DNA from: Alphaproteobacteria bacterium
GTDB taxonomy: Bacteria; Pseudomonadota; Alphaproteobacteria; Rs-D84; CACZYB01
Reading direction: 5' to 3'
Assembly (NCBI GenBank): GCA_017938435.1
Contig: JAGBBO010000037.1
Coordinates: 1,616 to 65,615 of the forward strand
DNA length: 64,000 nucleotides
Each line of letters opens with the position of its first letter. The stretch's first letter is position 1. Positions 31,986-40,827 of this stretch are shown one piece after another. A program made the position numbers and the translations under genes. The notes below the pieces were generated by a model, which was not told where the DNA came from, did not search any database, and saw only the letters and a list, made by a program, of their open reading frames with translations.

Positions 31986-32474
31986 CTATGCCTTTTTAAC
32001 CTTTATTTTATGTATTTTTTGTTTTGCTAGTTCTGTTTTTGGAAGATTGATTTTTAATACCCCATTTGTAAATTTTGCATCAATCTTATCAATATCAACA
32101 TCACTTGGTAATGCAACAGTTCTACTAACCATACCATACGATCGTTCGGAAAAATACATACCATCGGTTTTTTCTTCAAAATCGTTGTGTTTTTCACCTC
32201 GTATAGTTAGAAAACCATCATCCGACACATCAATATCTATATCATCATCTTTCATTCCAGGAAGCTCTGCTTGAATTTGCACATTATTTTCACCATCAAT
32301 CATCTCGATTTTTGGTTCAATAAAATCAAAATCCCCAAGTGGAGTTAACGGATAATCCAAAATATTAAAAAAATTATCAAAAGCACGATTTATATTGTGG
32401 CGAAGTTCGCCAAGTTTCTTACCATACTGCTTGGATGGAAGATTTTTTCTACCTTCTGATTTGCTATACACCAT
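31986..32474 (-). CDS. Hsp20/alpha-crystallin small heat-shock protein
   Basis: AELPG...DIDI, LTIRGEK, ERSYG..SR...LP, A.F.NGVL.I.LPK. Confidence 0.93.
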   Translation of the reverse strand: MVYSKSEGRKNLPSKQYGKKLGELRHNINRAFDNFFNILDYPLTPLGDFDFIEPKIEMIDGENNVQIQAELPGMKDDDIDIDVSDDGFLTIRGEKHNDFEEKTDGMYFSERSYGMVSRTVALPSDVDIDKIDAKFTNGVLKINLPKTELAKQKIHKIKVKKA

Positions 32475-32558
32475 ATTGTACCTCCCTTTTAAAAAAGCCA
32501 CACTATAGTAAGGATAGCACCAAACAAAATCTAATTAAATAGGTATATCTTCAAAATC

Positions 32559-32864
32559 CTAGTAATCATCCTCTTCATCAGAATAATAATTTGTTTTTGA
32601 TACAGAATTTTGTTCATCATTATCCATATCAAAAAACATCTCTGATTCAGAAAGATCGACAACTTCATCATTAACACCCAAATCTTCAATTTGATCATCA
32701 GGTTTAACTTCAGTTTTTTTCTTTTTTCTGATAAACTCTATTTCATCATCAATAGTCAAGTTTTTCTTACATTTCGGACAAACAACAACTTCCTTTTTCA
32801 TATCGTAAAACATTGCACCACAAAAAGGACAAATATGTTTTTTACCCCAGTTTTCTTTAACCAT
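32559..32864 (-). CDS. TIGR02300 / FYDLN-acid family protein
   Basis: WG.K..CP.CG..FYDM.K....CPKC followed by an acidic tail. Confidence 0.88.
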   Translation of the reverse strand: MVKENWGKKHICPFCGAMFYDMKKEVVVCPKCKKNLTIDDEIEFIRKKKKTEVKPDDQIEDLGVNDEVVDLSESEMFFDMDNDEQNSVSKTNYYSDEEDDY

Positions 32865-32935
32865 ATAGACCTCTCTATTTTAAAGGTTAATCATTTGAAA
32901 AATATAAGTCATATATGAAAAAGTCAAGAAAAAAT

Positions 32936-33601
32936 TTACCAACCCTTACAAATACCTTTTACCCTAGCATATTCTTCCTTATTATCATAGGATTGATTTT
33001 TATCCATCAAAGCATCTTCTAACTTTAATTTAAGAAGTTTTATATTATCGCTTTCAAACACCATTTTTTGAATTTTATTTCCAATTTTCTTACCACTAAC
33101 AGGTCCATCAAAAAATATCGGTCCAACATCCCCCGCAATTCGTTTAAGCTCATCTAAAATTAAATTTCCATAATATTTAAGTTCTTGTCTATAAATTTTA
33201 ATATGCCCCTGTTCATGCTCTTTTATTGCATTGTATTCACAAGTTCCTTCTTGATATTTATCATCTATCAAAACATCTAAATTTTTATAACCTATAGAAA
33301 AATTTATACTGGAAAGTATTGCACACACGCCATCATCTATTTTATACTTTTCAAAACCAAAATCATAACCAATACTAAAATCAGCATAAGTAAGACCCAA
33401 AGTAGCGCTTGGATTTTTTAAATTTTTGAACTTAGAAATTTCAAATCTTGAAACAGATTTATATTCAACATCCCCGTATTTTATATCTGTTGTAATTTTT
33501 GGTTCTTTATAAAATCTTTCACAAATATCATTCGCATAAACATTTGTTGAAAAAAGTAAAAACCCAGTTATTTTTAAACTTTTTCTGACAAAATTACTTA
33601 A
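32936..33601 (-). CDS. Secreted hypothetical protein with HExxH (DUF922-like putative Zn peptidase); start uncertain
   Basis: Signal-like FLLFSTNVYA, LGLT, C.Y.AIKEHEQGH. Confidence 0.6.
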   Translation of the reverse strand, partial: LSNFVRKSLKITGFLLFSTNVYANDICERFYKEPKITTDIKYGDVEYKSVSRFEISKFKNLKNPSATLGLTYADFSIGYDFGFEKYKIDDGVCAILSSINFSIGYKNLDVLIDDKYQEGTCEYNAIKEHEQGHIKIYRQELKYYGNLILDELKRIAGDVGPIFFDGPVSGKKIGNKIQKMVFESDNIKLLKLKLEDALMDKNQSYDNKEEYARVKGICKGW

Positions 33602-36029
33602 AAGAGTCAAGATAAACCTCCACAAATTTATCCCCATGAATCTTTCGTAATTCCTCAACCAAAAGCACTTGTTTCCTACCACTATTAAATATTTGAAGGT
33701 ATGGACCAAGACCTGATAAATCAACATTTAAAATCACAGATTCATCAATAGATGGTTTTCTGAAAAGTATTGCATATTTCAAATCTTTAAATATTTTTCC
33801 CTGAATAAATGCCATTTCTTTTGGTGTAAGGTTCCATGTTTCATAATCTTCCACCCTCGCCTGAACATTTCGGAAAAATATTTGTGTCTGACATTGACCA
33901 CGAATAACCTCTCCTATACCAAGTTTATCCAAAATATTTGGTTGTTGGAATGCAGCTAAATAAGCCTGCCTTTTCTTTCTACCTTCTTGTAATCCTATAA
34001 CAAAATTCTTTCTAAATTCTGGATTTTGAAGCATAGGTGCAGTTTCATCAATTATAATAAGAGATGGATCCCCTGTTCTACCAGTAATATTTTGGATTCT
34101 GTTCATAAGATAACTAACCACTGCCGGTGCCAAAGTTCCATCTTCAAATATATATGTAAAATCAAATGCTGTAAATCTGTTTGATAAATCAAGACTATCA
34201 TTTTCACTGTTAAATAAACTACCATATTGATTATCATCAACCCAGCGGTATAATTCCCTTCTCATTTTTCCAGCGGGCGAAAAACAAGATTTATAAAGAT
34301 TTTTCAAAGATCTTTTCTCTGGCTCTAAATAATCAAATGCTGTTGTAACAGCCCTTGCAATTTCCTTTTCACTTGTTGCATCATTAACCAAAGTTATCTC
34401 TTTAAGCCACCTTCTTAAAAAAGCCCTATTTTCAGGATTATCATCAATCCTAAATGGGTTAAGATGGGCAATAACCCCTGTCTTTTTTACATCTTTATCC
34501 TTGGTATCACCATCAAAATTTACATACGACCCACCTATTGCATGAGTAAATATTTCCGCACCCCTATATCTATCAAAAAAGAAACATTTTAAATCTTTAA
34601 ATCTTAACGATTGCCCAGCTAAAAATGAATAAAGTGTGGTTTTACCTTGACCTGTTGGACCAATTGCAACAGTATGTGCAACAGCAGTAGGCTCTTCTGA
34701 TACATGGAATTCAAATTGATATGCAGTTCCTTGATATGTTGGGAAAATAGCAACCGGACCTTCACCCCAATCACATTTAGAAAGACCTTCTGGTTGTTTT
34801 TCAAAATTAAATGATGTTGCAACAGCCCTTGAAAGCATTTTATACATTCTTGGATATTTATCATATGTTGGAAATTGAGAAAACCACGAAGCCTGAGCTA
34901 TCCAACCTTCACGCACAGGAACAATACCATAAAGTCGGCAAACTTTTTCTATTTCAAAAACAGCTTTATCAAGTTCTTCTAAACTATCCGCACTTACAAA
35001 AAATGTTTCTGCGTAATTAACCAAAGTTTGATGATCCTCATCTCCCTGCTCTATCAAAGCAAGTGCATCATCAAATTGTCTTAACACATCGTATGAAAAA
35101 GTTGTTGAACTTGCCATTTTTCGTTGATTAACCAAAACCATCTGTGCCTTAAGTTTTGATATAGGGAAAAGATTATGAAGCACAGTAATTTCAAAATTTT
35201 TCGCAAGAATATCTGAAAGCATTTGTTCATCAACAATATTTGATTGTTGTTTAATACCAACAACAGCCATATATTTTGTTCTGTTACCAGAAGTAAATCT
35301 TATATAACCCTTATTACTAAAGAAAATTTCATCTGAAACCAAAAGTTCAGAAATTCTATCATAAATAATATTTTGAGATCTTGGATTCGGCCTACTTATC
35401 GGATTGATAATATGAGCAAAGAAAGAAATAGGACTTTCTGATTTACCATCTTCCTTTAACATCTCTGCACCAAAATTTGAAAGTATAGCCTTAAGATTCG
35501 AAGATGCAGTTTCCAAATCTTTCATTGCATCTTTTCTATCATTAACAGAAATAACGATATAGTGGGTATTCATAAATATTTCATTCTGAGCTTCGTTCCA
35601 CTTTTCGCTTATATCTTTCAAAAGTTTATTATAATTATTATCAATTTTTTCCGAATGAATTTTTTCCCTAATTGTAAAAATTCTTGTTTCGACACTTATT
35701 TCAGAAAGACTATCTATCCACTTTTTTCTATCTTCTAAAAACTCTTGAATAACTTCCCTTTTTGCAAAAGCAATAGAAGCACCATTAACTTTGAACACCC
35801 TAACCAAAGTTCCATTCTGACAAAGTATTGTTTTTTTATCATTCAAAATTCTTTCAAATGGTAAATAGTTTACAAGTCTTGTATCAAAAGGTTTTGGTAA
35901 AAACATATTTACCCTATCTGACATAAAAACCACAGTAATCACAGCCAGTGCAATTAAAACAAAAATCAAACCCCAATAATAAGGATCAGATAAATTCGAA
36001 ACTAAAAGATTTTCTAAATTAAAACTCAT
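33594..36029 (-). CDS. virB4: Type IV secretion ATPase VirB4
   Basis: WG.GP, F.FH, HT..IGPTGQGKTT, FDRYRG, LNPF, IIIDE, RK. Confidence 0.92.
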   Translation of the reverse strand: MSFNLENLLVSNLSDPYYWGLIFVLIALAVITVVFMSDRVNMFLPKPFDTRLVNYLPFERILNDKKTILCQNGTLVRVFKVNGASIAFAKREVIQEFLEDRKKWIDSLSEISVETRIFTIREKIHSEKIDNNYNKLLKDISEKWNEAQNEIFMNTHYIVISVNDRKDAMKDLETASSNLKAILSNFGAEMLKEDGKSESPISFFAHIINPISRPNPRSQNIIYDRISELLVSDEIFFSNKGYIRFTSGNRTKYMAVVGIKQQSNIVDEQMLSDILAKNFEITVLHNLFPISKLKAQMVLVNQRKMASSTTFSYDVLRQFDDALALIEQGDEDHQTLVNYAETFFVSADSLEELDKAVFEIEKVCRLYGIVPVREGWIAQASWFSQFPTYDKYPRMYKMLSRAVATSFNFEKQPEGLSKCDWGEGPVAIFPTYQGTAYQFEFHVSEEPTAVAHTVAIGPTGQGKTTLYSFLAGQSLRFKDLKCFFFDRYRGAEIFTHAIGGSYVNFDGDTKDKDVKKTGVIAHLNPFRIDDNPENRAFLRRWLKEITLVNDATSEKEIARAVTTAFDYLEPEKRSLKNLYKSCFSPAGKMRRELYRWVDDNQYGSLFNSENDSLDLSNRFTAFDFTYIFEDGTLAPAVVSYLMNRIQNITGRTGDPSLIIIDETAPMLQNPEFRKNFVIGLQEGRKKRQAYLAAFQQPNILDKLGIGEVIRGQCQTQIFFRNVQARVEDYETWNLTPKEMAFIQGKIFKDLKYAILFRKPSIDESVILNVDLSGLGPYLQIFNSGRKQVLLVEELRKIHGDKFVEVYLDSFK

Positions 36030-36040
36030 TTTTTCCTCTT

Positions 36041-36334
36041 TTAGGCAGTAAACTTATTTCCATTTTCTTTAATAAGGTTTTTTGTTTTCGCCCTTATATT
36101 TCTTCTCGACATAATTATATTATCAATATGGGGTTCATTTTTTCCAATAATAACTGAAACAAAATGAAGAATTATAAAGAAAATTATTGGCACCCACATA
36201 TAAACACCAAATCCAAAAAACAAAAGCCCCATCATAAAAATAATAGTTAAAATAACATTAAAAATGAATAAACCAAATGGTGCAAAGAAAATTTGCATTG
36301 GTTGAGCAACTGATTTAAGTAATTCCTCTTTCAA
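36041..36334 (-). CDS. virB3: VirB3-like inner membrane protein
   Basis: P...F.AP, two TM segments, H......EP; directly upstream of virB4. Confidence 0.75.
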   Translation of the reverse strand: MKEELLKSVAQPMQIFFAPFGLFIFNVILTIIFMMGLLFFGFGVYMWVPIIFFIILHFVSVIIGKNEPHIDNIIMSRRNIRAKTKNLIKENGNKFTA

Positions 36335-36406
36335 AATTCCCCCTCTTATAATATAAATATATTATAAGTTTATTATAAAACAAAAGCAATAATAAAACAA
36401 GGAATT

Positions 36407-36964
36407 TTAAGAATTAGCTTTATTTCGTCTTTCTAAACGATATTTTTCAAATCTTATAGTAAGTTTATATCCAACAAATGCACTTATAATAGCCCATGGT
36501 AAACAACCTATTGCCATAGAAACACCCCAATCTTTAAGAAGTATTTTAAAAAGCAAAAGCCATTTATCTGAAAAACTTAAATTACCCATAAACGCATCTT
36601 TGAAAATCCCAGAAAGTTTTCCATAACCACTTATATCACCAATATTTCCACGCATAATTTGACCTGTGACATAGAAAATATAATAAACAGGAATCATTGT
36701 AAAAACATTTGTAACCCATGTATATGCAATTCCAAGAATAAGTGAAAAATCAATATGTAAAACTTTTCTAAAGAAAATCCATGTCATAAACACAATCCAC
36801 ATCTGTATTCCAACAAGTGGAGTCATAGCCCAAAAAAGACCAACTGCAACACCCATTGCCTTAACTTCCGGTGGTAAAGAAAGTCTTGCAACAGGAATCA
36901 CCAACTTCATTTTCAAAAGTCTTTTAAATCTTTCTTTTAATGTATATTTTTTATGTTTTACCAT
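36407..36964 (-). CDS. DUF2062 family membrane protein
   Basis: P...A.G.A.G.F....P..G.Q, TW.TN.FT..P.Y. Confidence 0.85.
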   Translation of the reverse strand: MVKHKKYTLKERFKRLLKMKLVIPVARLSLPPEVKAMGVAVGLFWAMTPLVGIQMWIVFMTWIFFRKVLHIDFSLILGIAYTWVTNVFTMIPVYYIFYVTGQIMRGNIGDISGYGKLSGIFKDAFMGNLSFSDKWLLLFKILLKDWGVSMAIGCLPWAIISAFVGYKLTIRFEKYRLERRNKANS

Positions 36965-37017
36965 ATTATCTTAATACCTTAACTATTTGATTTTACAAAA
37001 ATTTTTTAAATATTAAA

Positions 37018-37186
37018 TTCGTTGCCGAAGCCTCTCACGCCTATAACTTCATGGCTGGGGTGGCTGGATTTGACACCGAACCCAGCTGTTCTTGATTTCG
37101 AGCGTTGTTAGCGAGAAATCCTAGAATTGCTTGTTCGTTGCCGAAGCCTCTCACGCCTATAGCTTCATGGCTGGGGTGGCTGGATT
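37018..37186 (-). repeat. tRNA-Gln(CTG) 3' repeat: 116-bp unit (18-nt spacer + 79-nt hairpin core + 19-nt tRNA 3' end) plus a partial unit
   Basis: 37018-37070 repeats at 37134-37186 with one mismatch; the core is near-identical to the units at 39.1-39.3 kb. Confidence 0.92.
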
Positions 37187-37242
37187 CGAACCAACGAATG
37201 GCGGTACCAGAAACCGCTGCCTTACCACTTGGCGACACCCCA
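37168..37242 (-). tRNA. tRNA-Gln(CTG)
   Basis: TGGGGTG...GCGGT-TTCTGGT-ACCGC...GGTTCGAATCC...CACCCCAGCCA. Confidence 0.95.
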
Positions 37243-37254
37243 AAACTAAACCAA

Positions 37255-37282
37255 ATTATATAATCAAACTAAAAGATGTCAA
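37255..37282 (-). promoter_or_regulatory. Sigma70 promoter of tRNA-Gln(CTG)
   Basis: TTGACA-N16-TATAAT on the minus strand. Confidence 0.7.
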
Positions 37283-37299
37283 GATTAAAAGATTTTATA

Positions 37300-37328
37300 T
37301 TGAAAACTGAAATAATCCTATATAAAAT
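37300..37328 (+). promoter_or_regulatory. Sigma70 promoter of the 37352 ORF
   Basis: TTGAAA-N17-TAAAAT. Confidence 0.55.
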
Positions 37329-37351
37329 ACTATTAAAAAGGAAAAAATAAT

Positions 37352-37861
37352 ATGAATAAAAATGTTCAATTTACTGAAAATATTGCCGAAAGATTAAGAA
37401 AATTATCAAAATTTTCCATGGATAAAAATCTTCGTCCACAATTAGAAAATATTATTAAAAAATTTGGTGGAAAACTTGAACAATATGATAATTTTGCAGG
37501 TCTTTACATACTTGATAATGACAATTTTATCATATCATTAGATAAATTCACTTCACCTCTTCGTGATAATTTTTATATCACAAAAGCTCTTGGTGATTAT
37601 TTACTTTTTGGAAATGGTGATAAAAAACAATATGGTTCTTTTCGTGTTGATGATACAAATTATTTATCTAATTTATTTGCATATAGTTTTCTTACCCCAA
37701 AAGATGAATTTTTAAAGAAATCAAAAGAATTTAAAAATTCCACTTTGTTATTAGCTGCATATTTTCAAATACCAACTGATTTTATAGAAAAAAGACAAGA
37801 ATATTTAAAAATAATATCAAAAAAACATAAATTAATCTATAAAAAGGAAAAAATAAGATAA
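37352..37861 (+). CDS. ImmA/IrrE-like protein with a degenerate metallopeptidase motif
   Basis: II...GG, F.I.L..FTSPLRDNF.I.KALGDYLL (usually HELGH), N.FA..FL.P..EF, LA.YF. Confidence 0.65.
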   Translation: MNKNVQFTENIAERLRKLSKFSMDKNLRPQLENIIKKFGGKLEQYDNFAGLYILDNDNFIISLDKFTSPLRDNFYITKALGDYLLFGNGDKKQYGSFRVDDTNYLSNLFAYSFLTPKDEFLKKSKEFKNSTLLLAAYFQIPTDFIEKRQEYLKIISKKHKLIYKKEKIR

Positions 37862-38259
37862 TGACTAAAGTAAATTACAGAATTATTTATGCCGACACCG
37901 ACCAAATGGGTATTGTTTATCATGCAAACTATTTAAAATATTTTGAAATACTTCGTGGCGAAGTTATGCGTGAAAATGGTCTTACATATCATGATTTTGA
38001 AACAATGGGTTTTTCTCTTCCTGTTATTGAATCACATTGTGAATATAAATACCCTGCAAAATATGATGATGTAATAGAAATAACTGGGTTTGTAAGTGAA
38101 TTAAAAGGGTTAAAAATGAAATTTGAATGTGAAATACATTGTAGTGACAAACTTATTTGCAAAGGTTATACCATCCACACTTGTTTAAATAAAGATGGTC
38201 GCCCAATCAAATTTCCTGAACAGTTAATAAAATTATATGAAAAAAGCCTTAAAATTTAA
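37861..38259 (+). CDS. YbgC/FadM family acyl-CoA thioesterase
   Basis: RI.YADTDQMGIVYHANYLKYFE, PAKYDD. Confidence 0.9.
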   Translation: MTKVNYRIIYADTDQMGIVYHANYLKYFEILRGEVMRENGLTYHDFETMGFSLPVIESHCEYKYPAKYDDVIEITGFVSELKGLKMKFECEIHCSDKLICKGYTIHTCLNKDGRPIKFPEQLIKLYEKSLKI

Positions 38260-38987
38260 GGCTTTAATTTAATATTTATTCTTGCAAAATCAACTGAACT
38301 ATCATCTTTTGCAATAGTAAAATCACAATTTTTATCAACAAACAAAGATTTTACTAGCACTTTTTTATCAGAAAGCACAGCCGACTTTTTAAAATCGACA
38401 CTAATTTCTGAAACATCAAACTCTTGTTTTAAATTTTCAAACAAAGCATCTTCACAAAGAGAAATATAAATTGCATTATTTATATGATGATTAACATCAA
38501 CATCATCATATCTTAAATCTTTCATTTCTTCAAAATTATAAGATTCCACAGACCCCATTTTATCCAAAGGAATTTCCATACTTTCCTCTAATTCAATTTT
38601 TGAACAATCGAAAATATTTTGCACAATCAATGGTCTAAGTCTTTCAAGTCCAATCAAAACCCATTGACTTACACCTTTAATCAAAATATTACCATTATCA
38701 TCAAATACTTTAAATTCTCTTATTCCTGTTGGACCAACAAATTTACTTGGATAAGTTTCAATAGTAATTTTGTCTTTAAATTTAGGAAGTTTATCAATAA
38801 TAACATGATATTTTGCACAAACCCAAGCACAATTTTTTTCCAAACATTCTTCATATCCTACCCCAAGTCTGTCTGCATGATCACTTGCCAATTCTTGAAA
38901 ACAATCAAAAAGATGACGAAGTTTCATTTTCCCAAACTCATTACATTGATAAGTTTTTATTTCAAATTTTTCTTGTAATTTACTCAT
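38256..38987 (-). CDS. Acyl-ACP thioesterase (FatA/B-like)
   Basis: FQE.A..HA..LG, REF, S.WVLI....RP, D.D.NHHINNA.Y. Confidence 0.88.
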   Translation of the reverse strand: MSKLQEKFEIKTYQCNEFGKMKLRHLFDCFQELASDHADRLGVGYEECLEKNCAWVCAKYHVIIDKLPKFKDKITIETYPSKFVGPTGIREFKVFDDNGNILIKGVSQWVLIGLERLRPLIVQNIFDCSKIELEESMEIPLDKMGSVESYNFEEMKDLRYDDVDVNHHINNAIYISLCEDALFENLKQEFDVSEISVDFKKSAVLSDKKVLVKSLFVDKNCDFTIAKDDSSVDFARINIKLKP

Positions 38988-39094
38988 ATTAAAACCTCTT
39001 AAATTTATAAAATAATTTTATTTATAAACATAAATTTTGTAAAGAAAAATATAAAATATTATGTAATATTACTTACAAAATTCTTTCTAAATAT

Positions 39095-39367
39095 CAGTAA
39101 AAATTCGAAGTGGCTGAGGTATGGTTGGATTTGACACCGAACCCAGCTGTTCTTGATTTCGAGCGTTGTTAGCGAGAAATTCTAGAATTGCTCGTTCGTT
39201 GCCGAAGCCTGTAGCAGTAAAAACTTGAAGTGGCTGGGGTGGCTGGATTTGACACCGAACCCAGCTATTCTTGATTTCGAGCGTTGTTAGTGAGAAATCC
39301 TAGAATTGCTCGTTCGTTGCCGAAGCCTGTAGCAGTAAAAATTCGAAGTGGCTGGGGTGGCTGGATT
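39095..39367 (-). repeat. tRNA-Gln(TTG) 3' tandem repeat: two 118-120-bp units (20-nt spacer + 79-nt hairpin core + tRNA 3' end)
   Basis: TGGCTGGGGTGGCTGGATT at 39349 and 39231, degenerate at 39111; the core repeats with few substitutions. Confidence 0.93.
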
Positions 39368-39423
39368 CGAACCAACGAATGGCGGAACCAAAATCCGCTG
39401 CCTTACCACTTGGCGACACCCCA
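39349..39423 (-). tRNA. tRNA-Gln(TTG)
   Basis: Same body as tRNA-Gln(CTG); anticodon arm GCGGA-TTTTGGT-TCCGC. Confidence 0.95.
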
Positions 39424-39467
39424 AAAGATGTGTCTATACTATACACAATTAAAAAAAAAATCAACAA

Positions 39468-39686
39468 TTATTTTACAAACTTAAATCTTTTAATAATTTT
39501 TCCATCTTTTTCAATATCTTCTAAAAACATATTTATTGGTCGCACCCATATATCACCAGCACCATACAAAGCCTGATATACAACCATTTCTTCCAAAGTT
39601 TCACTATGTTTTGCTATACACAAAACCTTATATTTATTTCCTTTAAAGTGTTGATAAACACCACCAATAATTATTTTTTCACTCAT
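39468..39686 (-). CDS. DUF1653 family protein
   Basis: G.Y.HFKG..Y.V..IA.HSET.E.MVVYQALYG...WVRP..MF. Confidence 0.9.
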   Translation of the reverse strand: MSEKIIIGGVYQHFKGNKYKVLCIAKHSETLEEMVVYQALYGAGDIWVRPINMFLEDIEKDGKIIKRFKFVK

Positions 39687-39933
39687 TTTTTTTTAAACTG
39701 TTAATAAATTGTTAATAACTTTTACAAATATGTTAATATTTTCACATTTTTAAATCAATAAACATTTTCATTAACATGTTAATAATTTTTATAAAAATTT
39801 AAAAATTGTTAATAACTAAAAAAAGAATCCCTATTTTTAGGGATTCATCAGGATGAAAATAAAATTTTTTCTGTTAATAACTTGACTCAAAACTTTTAAT
39901 AAACAGTTTTCACAAGCCCAACAATAACAATTA
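39687..39933. other. Probable replication origin (oriC) with DnaA-box-like TTATTAACA repeats
   Basis: TGTTAATAA at 39699, 39710, 39777, 39807 and 39872, a near copy at 39731 and TTTTCACA boxes; adjacent to parAB. Confidence 0.6.
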
Positions 39934-40815
39934 CTATATATTATTTAATTTTGTGGTTATATTGTTAAGTTCAGACAAATCATTAAACTTTATAACAATT
40001 TCACCTTTTTTACCTTTAAGTTTGATATCAACTTTTGCTTTCAAAGTATCAGAAAGATTTTCTTTCAATGAAATTAACTCAGCAGTAAGTTCATTTTCTT
40101 CTTCCGTAGCAATTCTTACTTTTTTTGCAGGCTGAACTATATCTTCTGCTTGTTTTACAGTCATATCACCTTTAAGTATTGATTTTGCAACTTTCAAAGG
40201 ATTTTCTTTTCCTACCAAAGTTCTTGCAATACTGTATGATAAATCGCCATTATTAACCATATCTTGAACTTCTTCTGGTAAAGAAAGAAGTCGTAAAACA
40301 TTTGCAATATATGAACGACTTTTATTTATTATTTTAGCAATATCCTCTTGTGTATAATCAAAAGTATTCATAAGTTTTTTATAGCCAGTTGCTTCTTCAA
40401 TAGGAGAAAGATTTTCCCTTTGTAAATTTTCAATTAAACCTATTTCAAAAGTTTCTTTATCTGATAAATCTTTGATTATAGCTGGGATTTCAGTAATTCC
40501 AGCGAAATTTGCAGCACGCCATCTTCTTTCACCTGCTATAATTTCAAACATATTTGATTGGTTTTTAATAGGTCTAACTAAAATAGGTTGTAAAACACCA
40601 TTTTTTTCAATAGAAGAAGCTAATTCTTTTAATTGCTCTTCTTTAAATTTTTTTCTTGGCTGATCTTTATTTGGTATTATATTTCCAATAGAAATATATT
40701 TTATATCACCCTGCTCTGCATTTTCATCAACTGTATTTTTAAAAACAGGAACTTCTACTTGTTTATTTTCAAAAAAAGTTGATAAACCTTTACCTAATCT
40801 TGATTCTACTTTCAT
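39934..40815 (-). CDS. parB: Chromosome partitioning protein ParB
   Basis: LGKGL, QPRK.F, GVLQPILVR, IIAGERRWRA, IENLQRENL, KSRSYIAN.LRLL. Confidence 0.96.
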   Translation of the reverse strand: MKVESRLGKGLSTFFENKQVEVPVFKNTVDENAEQGDIKYISIGNIIPNKDQPRKKFKEEQLKELASSIEKNGVLQPILVRPIKNQSNMFEIIAGERRWRAANFAGITEIPAIIKDLSDKETFEIGLIENLQRENLSPIEEATGYKKLMNTFDYTQEDIAKIINKSRSYIANVLRLLSLPEEVQDMVNNGDLSYSIARTLVGKENPLKVAKSILKGDMTVKQAEDIVQPAKKVRIATEEENELTAELISLKENLSDTLKAKVDIKLKGKKGEIVIKFNDLSELNNITTKLNNI

Positions 40816-40827
40816 TTTTACCCCTTT

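Noticed and set aside
39095-39367. CRISPR array
   Set aside because: Units are ~118 bp, the short spacers repeat within the locus, the repeat includes a tRNA 3' end, and no cas genes are present.
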